The position numbers were made by a program, and so were the translations under genes. Positions 33,994-43,842 of a DNA stretch of 64,000 bases are shown piece by piece; position 1 is the stretch's first letter; each line of letters starts with the position of its first letter. The notes under the pieces were generated by a model, which was not told the DNA's origin, did not search any database, and was given only the letters and a program-made list of their open reading frames with translations. Source of the DNA: Acidobacteriota bacterium (lineage in GTDB: Bacteria > Acidobacteriota > UBA6911 > RPQK01 > CBDAPI01); the NCBI GenBank assembly GCA_965197285.1, contig OZ240092.1, positions 4,726,335-4,790,334 of the forward strand, written 5' to 3'.

Positions 33994-36672
33994 TCAGGTT
34001 CCAGGGCCGATTCTCTCGATCAGGGTCGCGTATTCCGGCTCGGCGCGCAACTTGTCGAAAATCGGATCGACCCTGAGAAACACCAGATACTCACTGCGCT
34101 CCTCGGCGGCCCTGTCCAGCCAGGCCAGGGCCTGAGACGGATTGCCGATGATGGTATAGGCAATCGCGAAAAACACCGCGGGGAATTGGTCTTCCCAATC
34201 GTCTGCACCGGTCGGAGACGACATGAGTGCGTTGACGAAATCAAAAACATCGATTGGAACTGCGACTCCTCTCTCAAACTCCGCGATCGAGCTGACAAAC
34301 AGGGACATCTGCTCGATTCCGGAATCCGAGCCTTCATATTTTTTCACGTAAGCCAGAGCCAGGCCCAGATGGGCCGGCGCAAAATCGGGATCCAGTTCCA
34401 GCGCCCGCTCGTACAGAGGGATCGCCTCATCATACTCGCGACGATAGTACCGACAACGGGCCAGCGCGGCGTTGGCCGCCGGCGAGAGGGGATCCAGCCT
34501 TCGGGCAATCCCGATCTCACGAAGTGCGCCCTCCAGGTCGTTGGTGGCCGCCAGATAGAGCCCGTACCAGTGGCGGGCGGTCGAGTAACCGGGATTCAAT
34601 TCGACTGCCTTCTGGAAGTGTTTCCCGGACTCGTCCCAATCCCAGTTGTACGACATGAGAGTACTGGCCAGTGCCGTGTGGGCCTCGGACGAACTCGGGT
34701 CCAGGGACAGTGCCTTGCGGGCTGCCGCTTCCGCCCTGGGCATGACCTCCGCAGGGGGGCGGCCTCCGTAGCCGGTGGCCCCGAGCAGGGAGTAGGCGTC
34801 GGCCAGTCCCGAGTAGGCCAGAGCCGCATCGGGTTCGAGGGCAATGGCCTGCTCAAAGTAAGAAACAGACTTTTCCAGTCCGACCCGGGAGCGCTGGGCC
34901 AGGAAGAAGCGACCGTGCAGATAAAGCTCGTAGGCCCCGACGTTTTCCAGCGGCGATCCCCGCAGTGCGGCCTCCTCTCCGGGGCCCAGTGCCGGTCCAA
35001 TGTTTTCGATCACTTGTCTAGAGATGTCGGACTGGACCTGGTGAACGTCCGTCCAGGCCTGTCGGTACTCTCTTGCCCAGATCGTCGTTTCATCAGCCGC
35101 CCGCACCAGTTGCACGGCCACCACGACCTGGTTCCCCGGTCGCTGAAAACTGCCGTGCAGCAGGTAGTCGGCCCCCAGCGTCTCCGCAATGTCGGGAAGA
35201 GGCACGTCTTTTCCCTTGAAGTACATGACCGAGGGTCGCGAAATCACCGAGAGTCCCCTCACGCCGGTCAGTCGGCTGATCAGAGAGTCTGTCAGTCCTT
35301 CGCCCAGGATGCCGTCTTGCCCGCCGGGTCCGGCATGGACGAGCGGGAGAACGGCAATTCGGGGGTTTGGATCCGCCGGCATCCCCGCCCAGTCCAGCGT
35401 CTGGTGGCTCGGAGCTTCGCGGCGCGCGTCGCGGTCCAGCGAAAGAAAAGCCGTAAAGAGTATCCCCAGGACCAGCACCGCAGCCGCCGTCAGAACAACA
35501 CCGGGGCTGAGCAACTCGCGGAATAAACCCGCATAACCAGGCGCTTTGATGTCTTCGAGGAGGCGCGTCAGCTTCTCGCGGACCTTCCCGAATGTGGCAA
35601 AGCGGCGTTCCGGTCTTCGGGCCATCATCTTTTCCAGAGTTCGCTGCAGCAAAGGGGGGGCATCGCGCAGGTGTTCGGAGATCGCCGGAAGCCGCGCCGC
35701 GACGATGGCGTTGATGGTCTCCAGTTTGGAGTCGGACAGGAAAGGATGAACTCCTGTTGCCATCTCGTAGAGAACGATTCCGAGCGAGAAGATATCTGAT
35801 CGATGGTCGAGTGCCTTTCCCCGCAGCTGTTCGGGAGACATGTAGGCGGGTGTTCCCAACACCGACCCGGTCTCGGTAAGGTCGGAAAACCAGCTGTCTT
35901 CCGTCCCTTCCACCGGTCCCGGCAGAATCCGCTTCGCCAGTCCGAAATCGAGGACCTTGACATGTCCGTCCGCAGCGAACATGACGTTGGAGGGTTTCAG
36001 GTCGCGATGGACGATTCCTTCATGGAAGGCGCTCTCCAGAGCTTCGGCCAGCTCGTCGGCCGCTTGCAGGGCCTTTTCCAGAGGAAGGCTACCCTTCTCC
36101 AGCTGCTGCCTCAGGTTCTCGCCCGGCACGTATTCCATGCAGATGAAGGTCCGGCCCTCAAAAGCGTCGATTTCATAGATCTTGCAGATGTACGGATGGT
36201 CCAGGGCGGCCGCGGCTTTGGCTTCTCTGAGAAAACGTTGCCGGGCCTTGGGGTGGTTCTGCAATTCAGGGGGGAGGAACTTGAGGGCGACCCTTCGCCC
36301 CAGTGAAGTGTCCTCAGCCAGGAAGACTTCGCCCATTCCACCGCGGCCAATTTGCTCGAGGATGAGGTAACGTGACACGGAGGCCCCGATCATGTCCGGG
36401 AATGGATGTTGCGGATCTGCGACTCCTGCCTCCACGCCGGACCGGCTCAGCCCCAGGGACAGCAGGCAACCTGGACACAGCCCCCGTGATTGCTCCTGGC
36501 TGGATAATTCCGTTCCACACTCAGGGCACAGTGTGTCAACCGGCAATAGACAAGGCTCCTCGAGAAAGGTGGACCGAGTATAGCAAAGCCCGGGGAAGCC
36601 GACCCCGTGTCGTTCCCATCCAGGATCTGGTATTCTCGGGAACCCCGGAACCGTTGACCCTGGACCGTGCAA
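33994..36672 (-). CDS. Serine/threonine protein kinase with a transmembrane segment and C-terminal TPR repeats. The N-terminal extent is uncertain
   Basis: Hanks kinase motifs are present (GRGGMGEVFLA, VALKFL, HRDLKPSNVM, DFGLA, GTPAYMSPE). These are followed by a TM helix and multiple TPRs. A possible N-terminal C-x2-C...C-x2-C zinc ribbon exists only if translation starts at 36672. Confidence 0.8.
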   Translation of the reverse strand: MHGPGSTVPGFPRIPDPGWERHGVGFPGLCYTRSTFLEEPCLLPVDTLCPECGTELSSQEQSRGLCPGCLLSLGLSRSGVEAGVADPQHPFPDMIGASVSRYLILEQIGRGGMGEVFLAEDTSLGRRVALKFLPPELQNHPKARQRFLREAKAAAALDHPYICKIYEIDAFEGRTFICMEYVPGENLRQQLEKGSLPLEKALQAADELAEALESAFHEGIVHRDLKPSNVMFAADGHVKVLDFGLAKRILPGPVEGTEDSWFSDLTETGSVLGTPAYMSPEQLRGKALDHRSDIFSLGIVLYEMATGVHPFLSDSKLETINAIVAARLPAISEHLRDAPPLLQRTLEKMMARRPERRFATFGKVREKLTRLLEDIKAPGYAGLFRELLSPGVVLTAAAVLVLGILFTAFLSLDRDARREAPSHQTLDWAGMPADPNPRIAVLPLVHAGPGGQDGILGEGLTDSLISRLTGVRGLSVISRPSVMYFKGKDVPLPDIAETLGADYLLHGSFQRPGNQVVVAVQLVRAADETTIWAREYRQAWTDVHQVQSDISRQVIENIGPALGPGEEAALRGSPLENVGAYELYLHGRFFLAQRSRVGLEKSVSYFEQAIALEPDAALAYSGLADAYSLLGATGYGGRPPAEVMPRAEAAARKALSLDPSSSEAHTALASTLMSYNWDWDESGKHFQKAVELNPGYSTARHWYGLYLAATNDLEGALREIGIARRLDPLSPAANAALARCRYYRREYDEAIPLYERALELDPDFAPAHLGLALAYVKKYEGSDSGIEQMSLFVSSIAEFERGVAVPIDVFDFVNALMSSPTGADDWEDQFPAVFFAIAYTIIGNPSQALAWLDRAAEERSEYLVFLRVDPIFDKLRAEPEYATLIERIGPGT

Positions 36673-36710
36673 CCGTGCAACCGTGGAACGTGAAACGTGA
36701 AACGTGGAAC
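36664..36710. repeat. Tandem array of 7-8-nt units (CCGTGCAA x2, CCGTGGAA, CGTGAAA x2, CGTGGAAC) in the STK/ECF-sigma divergent intergenic region. This is the largest member of a dispersed motif family
   Basis: ccgtgcaaccgtgcaaccgtggaacgtgaaacgtgaaacgtggaacc. Related arrays occur at 30245-30264, 46415-46446, 56769-56790 (reverse complement) and 57273-57298. Confidence 0.6.
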
Positions 36711-36717
36711 CTCCTAA

Positions 36718-37458
36718 ATGAACGATCGAAAGCCAGCCCGCCGCGACTGGTTCACGACCACCAGGTGGACGCTCGTTCTAGAAGCGGCCGACACCAAGAG
36801 CCCGCACGGGCGGGAGGCTCTGGAGGATCTTTGCACCTGCTACTGGCACTCTCTGTACGTCTACGTTCGGCGCCGCGGTTACGGCCCCGAAGAGGCCCAG
36901 GACCTCACCCAGGGGTTCTTTGCCCAGCTGCTCGGTAAGGGGTACATCAAGGCTGCCGACCCGCAGCGGGGGAAGTTTCGCTCTTTCCTGTTGGCTTCCC
37001 TCAAGAACTTCCTTGCCAACGAGTGGGACCGGGCCAGTGCCAAGAAGCGGGGCGGAGGGAAGATTCCGATCTCTCTGGATTTCGAAAAGGTAGAGGATCA
37101 CCACCACATGGAACCGGCAGATGAGATCTCTCCCGACAAGGTCTACGAACAGCGCTGGGCCATGGCGCTGATCGACCAGACCCTGGCCAGACTCTCAACG
37201 GAAATGGAGGAGGCGGGGAAGAGCCGGCGCTTCAATGACCTGCAGGGGTTCCTCACCGGGGAGACCACCGGCACCCGCTACCGTTTGGTGGCCGATCGGC
37301 TGGGAATGAAGGAAGGAGCGGTCAAAGTGGCTGTCCATCGCCTGCGCCGCCGTTTCGGGGCCCTGCTTCGCGAGGAAGTGGGTCAGACCGTCGCCGATTC
37401 CGGTCAAATCGACGAAGAGATCCGCTATCTGCTCTCAGTCCTTACAACTGGAGATTGA
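36718..37458 (+). CDS. ECF-type RNA polymerase sigma-70 factor of the STK-associated subfamily (N-terminal TRWTLV motif)
   Basis: 246 aa. TTRWTLVLEA at the N-terminus and a sigma-2/sigma-4 layout (...DLTQGFFAQLL..., ...GMKEGAVKVAVHRLRRRF...). It is divergent from the STK gene. Confidence 0.75.
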   Translation: MNDRKPARRDWFTTTRWTLVLEAADTKSPHGREALEDLCTCYWHSLYVYVRRRGYGPEEAQDLTQGFFAQLLGKGYIKAADPQRGKFRSFLLASLKNFLANEWDRASAKKRGGGKIPISLDFEKVEDHHHMEPADEISPDKVYEQRWAMALIDQTLARLSTEMEEAGKSRRFNDLQGFLTGETTGTRYRLVADRLGMKEGAVKVAVHRLRRRFGALLREEVGQTVADSGQIDEEIRYLLSVLTTGD

Positions 37459-37508
37459 ACCTCACCACCGATTGCTGCCCATCAACGAACCGGCGACGGG
37501 CAGTCCCA

Positions 37509-38549
37509 CTAATCCACGTAGCGGCGTTCCACTCGTGGCCCGATTCCAGTGAGAATCTCGTAGGGAATCGTTTCTGCGAGAGAGGCCAGAGTCTGGCACG
37601 AAAGAGGGGAGTCCGGATCGGCGCTGAGGAGCTCGACTTCAGTTCCGGTCCCCACGCCCTGGATGTCTGTGACGTCGATGCAGGTCAGGTCCATGCTGAC
37701 TCTGCCGACCACCCTGGCGGGATGCCCTCGGGCCAGGACAGGCGCCCGGTTCGAAAGAACTCGGCGGTAGCCGTCGGCGTAACCGACCGGCAAGACTCCT
37801 ATAACCGACTTGCGCCGGCTCCGAAACGAGATCCCATAACCCAGCCACTGGCCGGCTTTGACTCGACGGACGGCCATGAGTCGACTCTTCCAGGTGAGTG
37901 CGGGGCGCAGATCTTCGAATCCCGGGCAAGGCGCAACGCCATACAGTGCCAGTCCGATCCTGACCAGGTCCAGGTGTGCCTCGGGAAATCTCAGTCCTGC
38001 GCTGTTCGCGATGTGCCGACGCTGCCGCATGTTGCCGGTCGCTTTCAGGAAGCGTTCCAACTGCAGGCGGGAGAAATCGGGGTCCGCATCGGCTCGCGCA
38101 AAGTGGGAGTAAGCGCCGCGTAGGCGAGCGGGGGTGGACCTGAGAAAGCTGGTCGCTTCCTCCCAGGGGATCCCGATTCGAGTCATTCCGGTATCGATCT
38201 TGACTTCCACCTGTAGATTAGAGTGTACGGCTCGGCTGTCATGGACGGTTGCCGTGAAGCGATGTTCAATAAAGTCCCCGGCTTCGCCGGGTTGGCAACC
38301 GCCGAACACCAGAATCTCGCAATCGGGCACGGCCCGGCGCAGCTCCACAGCTTCCGCAGGCTGGGCAACAGCGAATGCGCGGATCCCTTCCTGATTGAGA
38401 ATCGCCGCCACCTGGAGCAGGCCGTGCCCATAGGCGTCCGCTTTGACGACGGGCATGACGGCGGTGCCCTTGCCGAGGCGCGACCGGATGACCTTCAGAT
38501 TGTGTTTGAGGCTGGACGCGGAGACTTCCACCCAGGATCGGGACTTCAT
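37509..38549 (-). CDS. alr: Alanine racemase
   Basis: The PLP-lysine motif VVKADAYGHG and the alanine racemase fold are present. It overlaps the dnaB stop with an ATGA junction. Confidence 0.85.
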   Translation of the reverse strand: MKSRSWVEVSASSLKHNLKVIRSRLGKGTAVMPVVKADAYGHGLLQVAAILNQEGIRAFAVAQPAEAVELRRAVPDCEILVFGGCQPGEAGDFIEHRFTATVHDSRAVHSNLQVEVKIDTGMTRIGIPWEEATSFLRSTPARLRGAYSHFARADADPDFSRLQLERFLKATGNMRQRRHIANSAGLRFPEAHLDLVRIGLALYGVAPCPGFEDLRPALTWKSRLMAVRRVKAGQWLGYGISFRSRRKSVIGVLPVGYADGYRRVLSNRAPVLARGHPARVVGRVSMDLTCIDVTDIQGVGTGTEVELLSADPDSPLSCQTLASLAETIPYEILTGIGPRVERRYVD

Positions 38550-39910
38550 GCTCGATCGAAGGCTAGATTCTCAAATCGCGTCCACTTATCAATAAAAGCG
38601 AGCTTGATCATGCCGGTGGGGCCATTTCGCTGTTTTGCGACAATGATCTCGGCGACTCCCTCCTCACCCTCCAGATCTTCGGGCCGCTTGTACAGATCTT
38701 CTCGATAAATAAAAATGACGACATCTGCATCCTGCTCGATCGACCCCGATTCGCGCAGGTCGGAGAGTTGCGGTCTGCCCAGCTGGCGGCCCCTCCTCTG
38801 CTCAGGTGCTCGACTCAGCTGGGAGAGGGCGACGACCGGAATGTTCAGCTCCTTGGCCAGGGCCTTCAGAGACCGGCTGATGGCCGAGATTTCGCGTTCT
38901 CGGTTGTCCGTTTTCCGGCCGCCGCCGGGAGACATCAATTGGAGGTAGTCCACGATCAGGAGGTCGAGGCCGTGCTCGGCTTTCAGCCGGCGAGCTCTGG
39001 ATCGCATTTCCATAATGGAAATCCCGGCCGCATCATCGATGAATATCTGGGCCTGATCGAGCTGGCCCATCGTCGCAGCCAGTTCCTCCCAGTCTCCCTT
39101 GGAAAGACGTCCCGAACGCAACTTATGACTGTCAATCCTGGCGTGGGAGCACAGCAGCCGGGTCACGAGCTGGAAGGAGCTCATTTCGAGGCTGAAAATA
39201 CCGACCGAATGGTGGCCAAGTGCCGCATACTGCCCGATGTTCAAGGCCAGACTTGTCTTGCCCAGGCCGGGGCGGCCCGCGATGATGATCAGATCGGTTT
39301 TCTGAAATCCGGAAGTTAAAGCATCCAGATCAGTATAGCCGGTCCCGATCCCGGTAATCAGCGATTTCTGCTCGTAAAAAGACTGGATCTGCTTGTAGGC
39401 ATCCGGAAGAATGTGCCCGAGCTTCACGAAGCCGCTTTCGATTCGTTCCTGGCTGATCTCAAATATGGATCGCTCCGCCTCTTCCAGCAGATCGGCTGCT
39501 TCGAGGTCGTCGGCGTAGCTCTGCTCCAGGATCTTGTAGGCGGCGTGGATGAGCTTTCGCTGAACTGCCTTCTCCTTGACGATTCGGGCGTAGTGCTCAA
39601 TGTTGGTCAGCCTGGGGACGCCGTCCAGAAGGGAAGAGATATACGATGCTCCTCCAATCTCCTGTAGGTGGCTCCCTTTTTCCAGCTCAGAGCGCAGGGT
39701 CAGGGCATCGATCGCCCTCGACGCGGCTGACAGCGACGCCATGGCGGCAAACACGATCTGGTGGGCGCGGACATGGAAGTCTTCGATATGCAGAACGCCT
39801 GCGGCCTGATCGAAGAGCCGGTTGTCCAGCAGGACGGCTCCCAGAACAGCCCGTTCCGCTTCGGCGCTGTGAGGAAGAGCCTTCTCGAGAGTTATGTCTG
39901 GAGCTGCCAT
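38546..39910 (-). CDS. dnaB: Replicative DNA helicase DnaB
   Basis: 454 aa. DnaB N-domain, Walker A GRPGLGKTS, and the RecA-like core ...DYLQLM... Confidence 0.9.
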   Translation of the reverse strand: MAAPDITLEKALPHSAEAERAVLGAVLLDNRLFDQAAGVLHIEDFHVRAHQIVFAAMASLSAASRAIDALTLRSELEKGSHLQEIGGASYISSLLDGVPRLTNIEHYARIVKEKAVQRKLIHAAYKILEQSYADDLEAADLLEEAERSIFEISQERIESGFVKLGHILPDAYKQIQSFYEQKSLITGIGTGYTDLDALTSGFQKTDLIIIAGRPGLGKTSLALNIGQYAALGHHSVGIFSLEMSSFQLVTRLLCSHARIDSHKLRSGRLSKGDWEELAATMGQLDQAQIFIDDAAGISIMEMRSRARRLKAEHGLDLLIVDYLQLMSPGGGRKTDNREREISAISRSLKALAKELNIPVVALSQLSRAPEQRRGRQLGRPQLSDLRESGSIEQDADVVIFIYREDLYKRPEDLEGEEGVAEIIVAKQRNGPTGMIKLAFIDKWTRFENLAFDRA

Positions 39911-39990
39911 GCCGACCGGAGTGTTAGGACCCGTCTACCATACTAACCAGCCGGCAGAGCTGGATCAAGATGCGCGAGACGTCGCGCGCG

Positions 39991-40656
39991 TCAGCTGTGG
40001 CTCTCCTCTTTTTGGGCGGCCTCGCCGACTTCGTCGACTGCCCGCTCCCCCTCGGATGGAGACTCTTGCCGCCCCTCCAGCGCTTCGTCCGGAAGGGCCT
40101 CTTTTTGAGCCTCGAGTTCTTTCGAGGCTTGGCTGAGGAGGTTTTCCACCCCGCTCACAATTTCAGCGCTCTCATCGGTTTCCTGGTTGAGTATTCGGGT
40201 GAAGGGCTCTTCCTCTTCGAGAACCACGGAAACGAGGAACTCCAGCTTCACATCGGGATGGGGATGAGCCTCGACCGGGAAGTTTCCAATCGTCTTCAGC
40301 GGGTGCTCCAAATCGATCTTTTGCCGGTCCACGTTGAAACCTTTCTCCGCCAGCAGATCAGCCAGATCTTTGGCGGTTACGGAGCCGAATAAAGCCCCTG
40401 TCTCACCTGCCTTTCGACTGAGGACAAGGTGAAGCTTATCCAGCTCTCGAGCCAGGATCTCAGCACCTCCCTTGACCCTGGTTTCCTTCCTGGCCAGGGC
40501 TGCCCGCTGTTGCTCCACCATTTTCAGGTTGGCTGAGGTAGCAGCCACGGCCAGGCCCTGAGGTATCAGATAGTTCCGTCCATAGCCGGCCGCAACGGAG
40601 ACAACGTCACCTCGTCTTCCCAGATGGAGCACATCATCGATCAGCACTAATTGCAT
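39991..40656 (-). CDS. rplI: 50S ribosomal protein L9 with an unusually long acidic C-terminal extension
   Basis: MQLVLIDDVLHLGRRGDVVSVAAGYGRNYLIPQGLA... is canonical L9. About 70 extra Glu/Ala/Ser-rich residues follow at the C-terminus. Confidence 0.85.
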   Translation of the reverse strand: MQLVLIDDVLHLGRRGDVVSVAAGYGRNYLIPQGLAVAATSANLKMVEQQRAALARKETRVKGGAEILARELDKLHLVLSRKAGETGALFGSVTAKDLADLLAEKGFNVDRQKIDLEHPLKTIGNFPVEAHPHPDVKLEFLVSVVLEEEEPFTRILNQETDESAEIVSGVENLLSQASKELEAQKEALPDEALEGRQESPSEGERAVDEVGEAAQKEESHS

Positions 40657-40737
40657 GGCAGCCTCCTCCAGAAGGCAGCGCAAGACCTGCCGGGACTCTC
40701 GGCAGTCGAACGGAAATGAATCTTTCGCGTGGCTAGT

Positions 40738-41190
40738 TCAGACTTCCTGCCCTTTTTTCCTGGCTGCCGCCGCGCTGCCCGCTTCGGGAGCCGCCCTGGT
40801 GGGCGTGTCTGGGCCGGTCCCCTCGGCTGCACTCTTTCGCTCGGCCAGTTGCCTGCGGCGCTTTTCCCGGTGGGCAATCTTCTTCTGGATGCGCTTGTCA
40901 GTGCCGTCCGCTCGGATGGTGAGGAAGCGGATGACAGAATCGGTTACCTTGAACCGGCGCTCCAGTTCAGTCACAGCCGCGCCCTGTTCCTCCTCGATGA
41001 GCAGAAAGACGTAAGTTCCCTCGGTGTACTTCTTGACCGGAAATGCAAGCCGTCTTCTTACCCATTTGTCGGCACTCAGGACTTTGGCTCCCATTTCTTC
41101 CGCCGCGAGCTTGTATCCGTCGACAGTATCGTCCAGATCCGTGTCGGGCAGGTCGGGAGCGAGAACGAAAACGACTTCGTATCGCCTCAT
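40738..41190 (-). CDS. rpsF: 30S ribosomal protein S6
   Basis: MRRYEVVFVLAPDL...GTYVFLLIEEE... with an acidic and basic tail. Confidence 0.85.
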   Translation of the reverse strand: MRRYEVVFVLAPDLPDTDLDDTVDGYKLAAEEMGAKVLSADKWVRRRLAFPVKKYTEGTYVFLLIEEEQGAAVTELERRFKVTDSVIRFLTIRADGTDKRIQKKIAHREKRRRQLAERKSAAEGTGPDTPTRAAPEAGSAAAARKKGQEV

Positions 41191-41235
41191 GGACAAATCC
41201 CTCCTGAAAAAGGGCTCATTTTAACACAGGGTGCA

Positions 41236-43230
41236 TCACCTCAGAAGCGGTGCCATGACTAGCGAGACAATGGACATCAACTTGATCAAGATGTTCATAG
41301 ACGGCCCACTCGTGTCCTTGAAAGGATCCCCGACCGTGTCACCGACAACTGCCGCCTTGTGTGGATCGGAACCCTTGCCACCCAGCATCCCCCCCTCGAT
41401 GAGCTTCTTGGCATTGTCCCAGGCTCCGCCCGCATTGGCCATGAAAAGGGCCATCAGAACGCCTGTAAGAGTGGCTCCCGCAAGCATGCCTCCCAGCGCT
41501 TGAGGGCCCAGTAGCAAACCCATCAGGAGTGGAGCCGAAATGGCAATCAACCCGGGCAGGACCATTTCTCCCAGGGCCGCCCTGGTCGAGATATCGATAC
41601 AGCGCGCCGTATCCGGCTTTGCCGTCCCTTCCATCAACCCCTTGATCTCGCGAAACTGACGTCGAACCTCCTCCACCATCCGAAAGGCGGCCCGTCCCAC
41701 CGCGGACATGGTCAAGTCGGCAATCAGAAATGGCAGGGTTCCGCCAACGAAAAATCCCACCACCACGGTAGGATCGAGCAGGTTCAGAACTTCCAGCTGA
41801 ACCGCCTTGCTGTAAGCCGAAAAAAGCGCCAGGGCAGTCAGGGCCGCCGAGCCGATTGCAAATCCCTTCCCGATGGCGGCCGTGGTGTTGCCAATCGAAT
41901 CCAGGCTGTCGGTAATGGAGCGGGTATCCGAACCCAGTCCGGACATCTCCGAAATGCCTCCGGCGTTGTCGGCAATCGGGCCGTAGGCATCGACTGACAT
42001 GGTGACTCCCACGGTCGCCAGCATTCCCACGGCTGCGATACCAATCCCGTACAGCCCCGCGTAGTGGTAGGCGATCAGGATGCTGGCGCAGATGGTCAGG
42101 ATGGGAAGCACGGTCGACTGCATCCCCACTGCCAGCCCGGCAATAATGTTGGTTGCCGCGCCGGTCTTGGAGGCGTGGGCAATGCGCTCAATGGGACTGG
42201 CCGATGTGTACCACTCAGTCAAAAGGCCAATGACGATTCCACTGACCGTGCCGGTCAGAATGGCCAGGAAGATTCCCACTTCCACACCCAGCCTCTCGAC
42301 CGTCAGGTAGGTTGCGGCGAGCAGCAGAATGGCGCTCACAATAGGAGAGTAGCGAAGCGCCTGGGCCGGTCCCATTCCCCTCAGCAAACGCATGGAAGCC
42401 ACGCCGATCAGCGAGGCTGCGAGGCCAAGCGCGATGATGTACAGAGGCAGGGCCATATACACGAGGCGGTTGGCCTGTGTAATGTTCAGAACCTCCGAAG
42501 CCCCGGTGGCGGCCAGGGCGATCGTGGCTACTACCGAGCCGACGTAGCTTTCAAAAATGTCAGCTCCCATGCCCGCTGTATCCCCCACACAATCGCCAAC
42601 GTTGTCGGCGATGGTGGCGGGGTTCCTTGGATCATCCTCGGGAATTCCCGCCTCGACTTTTCCGACCAGATCGGCTCCGACGTCCGCAGTCTTGGTAAAG
42701 ATCCCGCCCCCGACGCGAGCAAACAAAGCGATGGAACTGGCCCCCATGGCGAATCCGCTGATGTCGGCAAACTCGATGGAACCGCCCACACCGAGTATGA
42801 ATGCTGTGGAGACTCCGATGAGGCCGAGGCTGGCGACCGAGAGACCCATTACGGCCCCTCCCGAGAAAGCGATATTCAACGCCGCCGCTATCCCGGAGTC
42901 GTTGGCCGCCTGGGTCGTCCTTACATTGGCTCTGGTGGCCGCCTTCAATCCGAAAAAGCCGGCCACCATGGAACTCACAGCTCCCAGCAAGAAGGCCACG
43001 CCCGTCCACAGCGTAACCGCCCAGCTCAGGAGTCCGAAGACGACGACGATAAACACCAGCAGGATGCCATATTCCCGTCGCAAAAAGACCATGGCGCCAT
43101 CGTGGATGGCATCCGAGATCTCCACCATCTTCTGGTTTGAGACCTCTAGTTTCTTGATCGAGGCGTAAATCAAACCCGCAAAAAACAGACCGATAACTCC
43201 GAGAACGGGAAGGGTCCAGTAGTAGTCACT
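41236..43230 (-). CDS. hppA: Membrane-bound proton-translocating pyrophosphatase (H+-PPase)
   Basis: Multi-TM protein with the H+-PPase signatures ([28 protein letters not shown], ...[10 protein letters not shown]...). The start is assigned at [12 protein letters not shown]. The listed ORF start at 43266 would overlap pth. Confidence 0.9.
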   Translation of the reverse strand, partial: SDYYWTLPVLGVIGLFFAGLIYASIKKLEVSNQKMVEISDAIHDGAMVFLRREYGILLVFIVVVFGLLSWAVTLWTGVAFLLGAVSSMVAGFFGLKAATRANVRTTQAANDSGIAAALNIAFSGGAVMGLSVASLGLIGVSTAFILGVGGSIEFADISGFAMGASSIALFARVGGGIFTKTADVGADLVGKVEAGIPEDDPRNPATIADNVGDCVGDTAGMGADIFESYVGSVVATIALAATGASEVLNITQANRLVYMALPLYIIALGLAASLIGVASMRLLRGMGPAQALRYSPIVSAILLLAATYLTVERLGVEVGIFLAILTGTVSGIVIGLLTEWYTSASPIERIAHASKTGAATNIIAGLAVGMQSTVLPILTICASILIAYHYAGLYGIGIAAVGMLATVGVTMSVDAYGPIADNAGGISEMSGLGSDTRSITDSLDSIGNTTAAIGKGFAIGSAALTALALFSAYSKAVQLEVLNLLDPTVVVGFFVGGTLPFLIADLTMSAVGRAAFRMVEEVRRQFREIKGLMEGTAKPDTARCIDISTRAALGEMVLPGLIAISAPLLMGLLLGPQALGGMLAGATLTGVLMALFMANAGGAWDNAKKLIEGGMLGGKGSDPHKAAVVGDTVGDPFKDTSGPSMNILIKLMSIVSLVMAPLLR

Positions 43231-43831
43231 CATCCGTACATTCCTTCGAATCTGAGGGGGCATCAAGGGGGCGCCGCCGGTTGAACCGGGCCATGGTTCT
43301 TTCCGTCCCGTGGATCAGAATCGAGTCCACGGCCTGTAGTGTCAAATCGAGCACGTTATCAAGCGATTCCATCTCTTCTTCGTCGAACACGTCCAGGACA
43401 AACGAGCTGAGGTCGGGTTCTCTGGCCGCCCTTCCAATTCCGATTCTCAGTCGTGCGAACTCCTGGGAAGCCAGTTCCGCTATGATTGAGTTCATTCCGT
43501 TGTGCCCGCCGGATCCTCCCTCAGGTCTAAGCCGAATTCGTCCGAAGGGAAGGGCCACGTCGTCGAAGACGACCAGCAAGTCGCTCAGCTCCAGTTGGTG
43601 CAGCCTCATTATTCTGGCGACGGCGGTTCCGCTGCGGTTCATATAAGTCTGGGGCTTGGCCACCACCACCCGCTGCTTGCAGCGCCGAATCGTGCAGACC
43701 AGTGAATCCTGCTGGCCCACAAAACCGCTCCCGGCCGCGGCTACCAGCCGGTCTGCCGCCATGAATCCTATGTTGTGGCGCGTGTCCTCGAACCGTCTGT
43801 CTGGATTCCCCAGTCCGGCGATCAGGTACAA
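43226..43831 (-). CDS. pth: Peptidyl-tRNA hydrolase
   Basis: [23 protein letters not shown]... Confidence 0.9.
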   Translation of the reverse strand: MYLIAGLGNPDRRFEDTRHNIGFMAADRLVAAAGSGFVGQQDSLVCTIRRCKQRVVVAKPQTYMNRSGTAVARIMRLHQLELSDLLVVFDDVALPFGRIRLRPEGGSGGHNGMNSIIAELASQEFARLRIGIGRAAREPDLSSFVLDVFDEEEMESLDNVLDLTLQAVDSILIHGTERTMARFNRRRPLDAPSDSKECTDE

Positions 43832-43842
43832 TCGAAGTTGCC

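Noticed and set aside
36664-36710. CRISPR array
   Set aside because: The repeat units are only 7-8 nt and directly abutting, with no spacers. No cas genes are present. It is treated as a simple tandem motif array instead.
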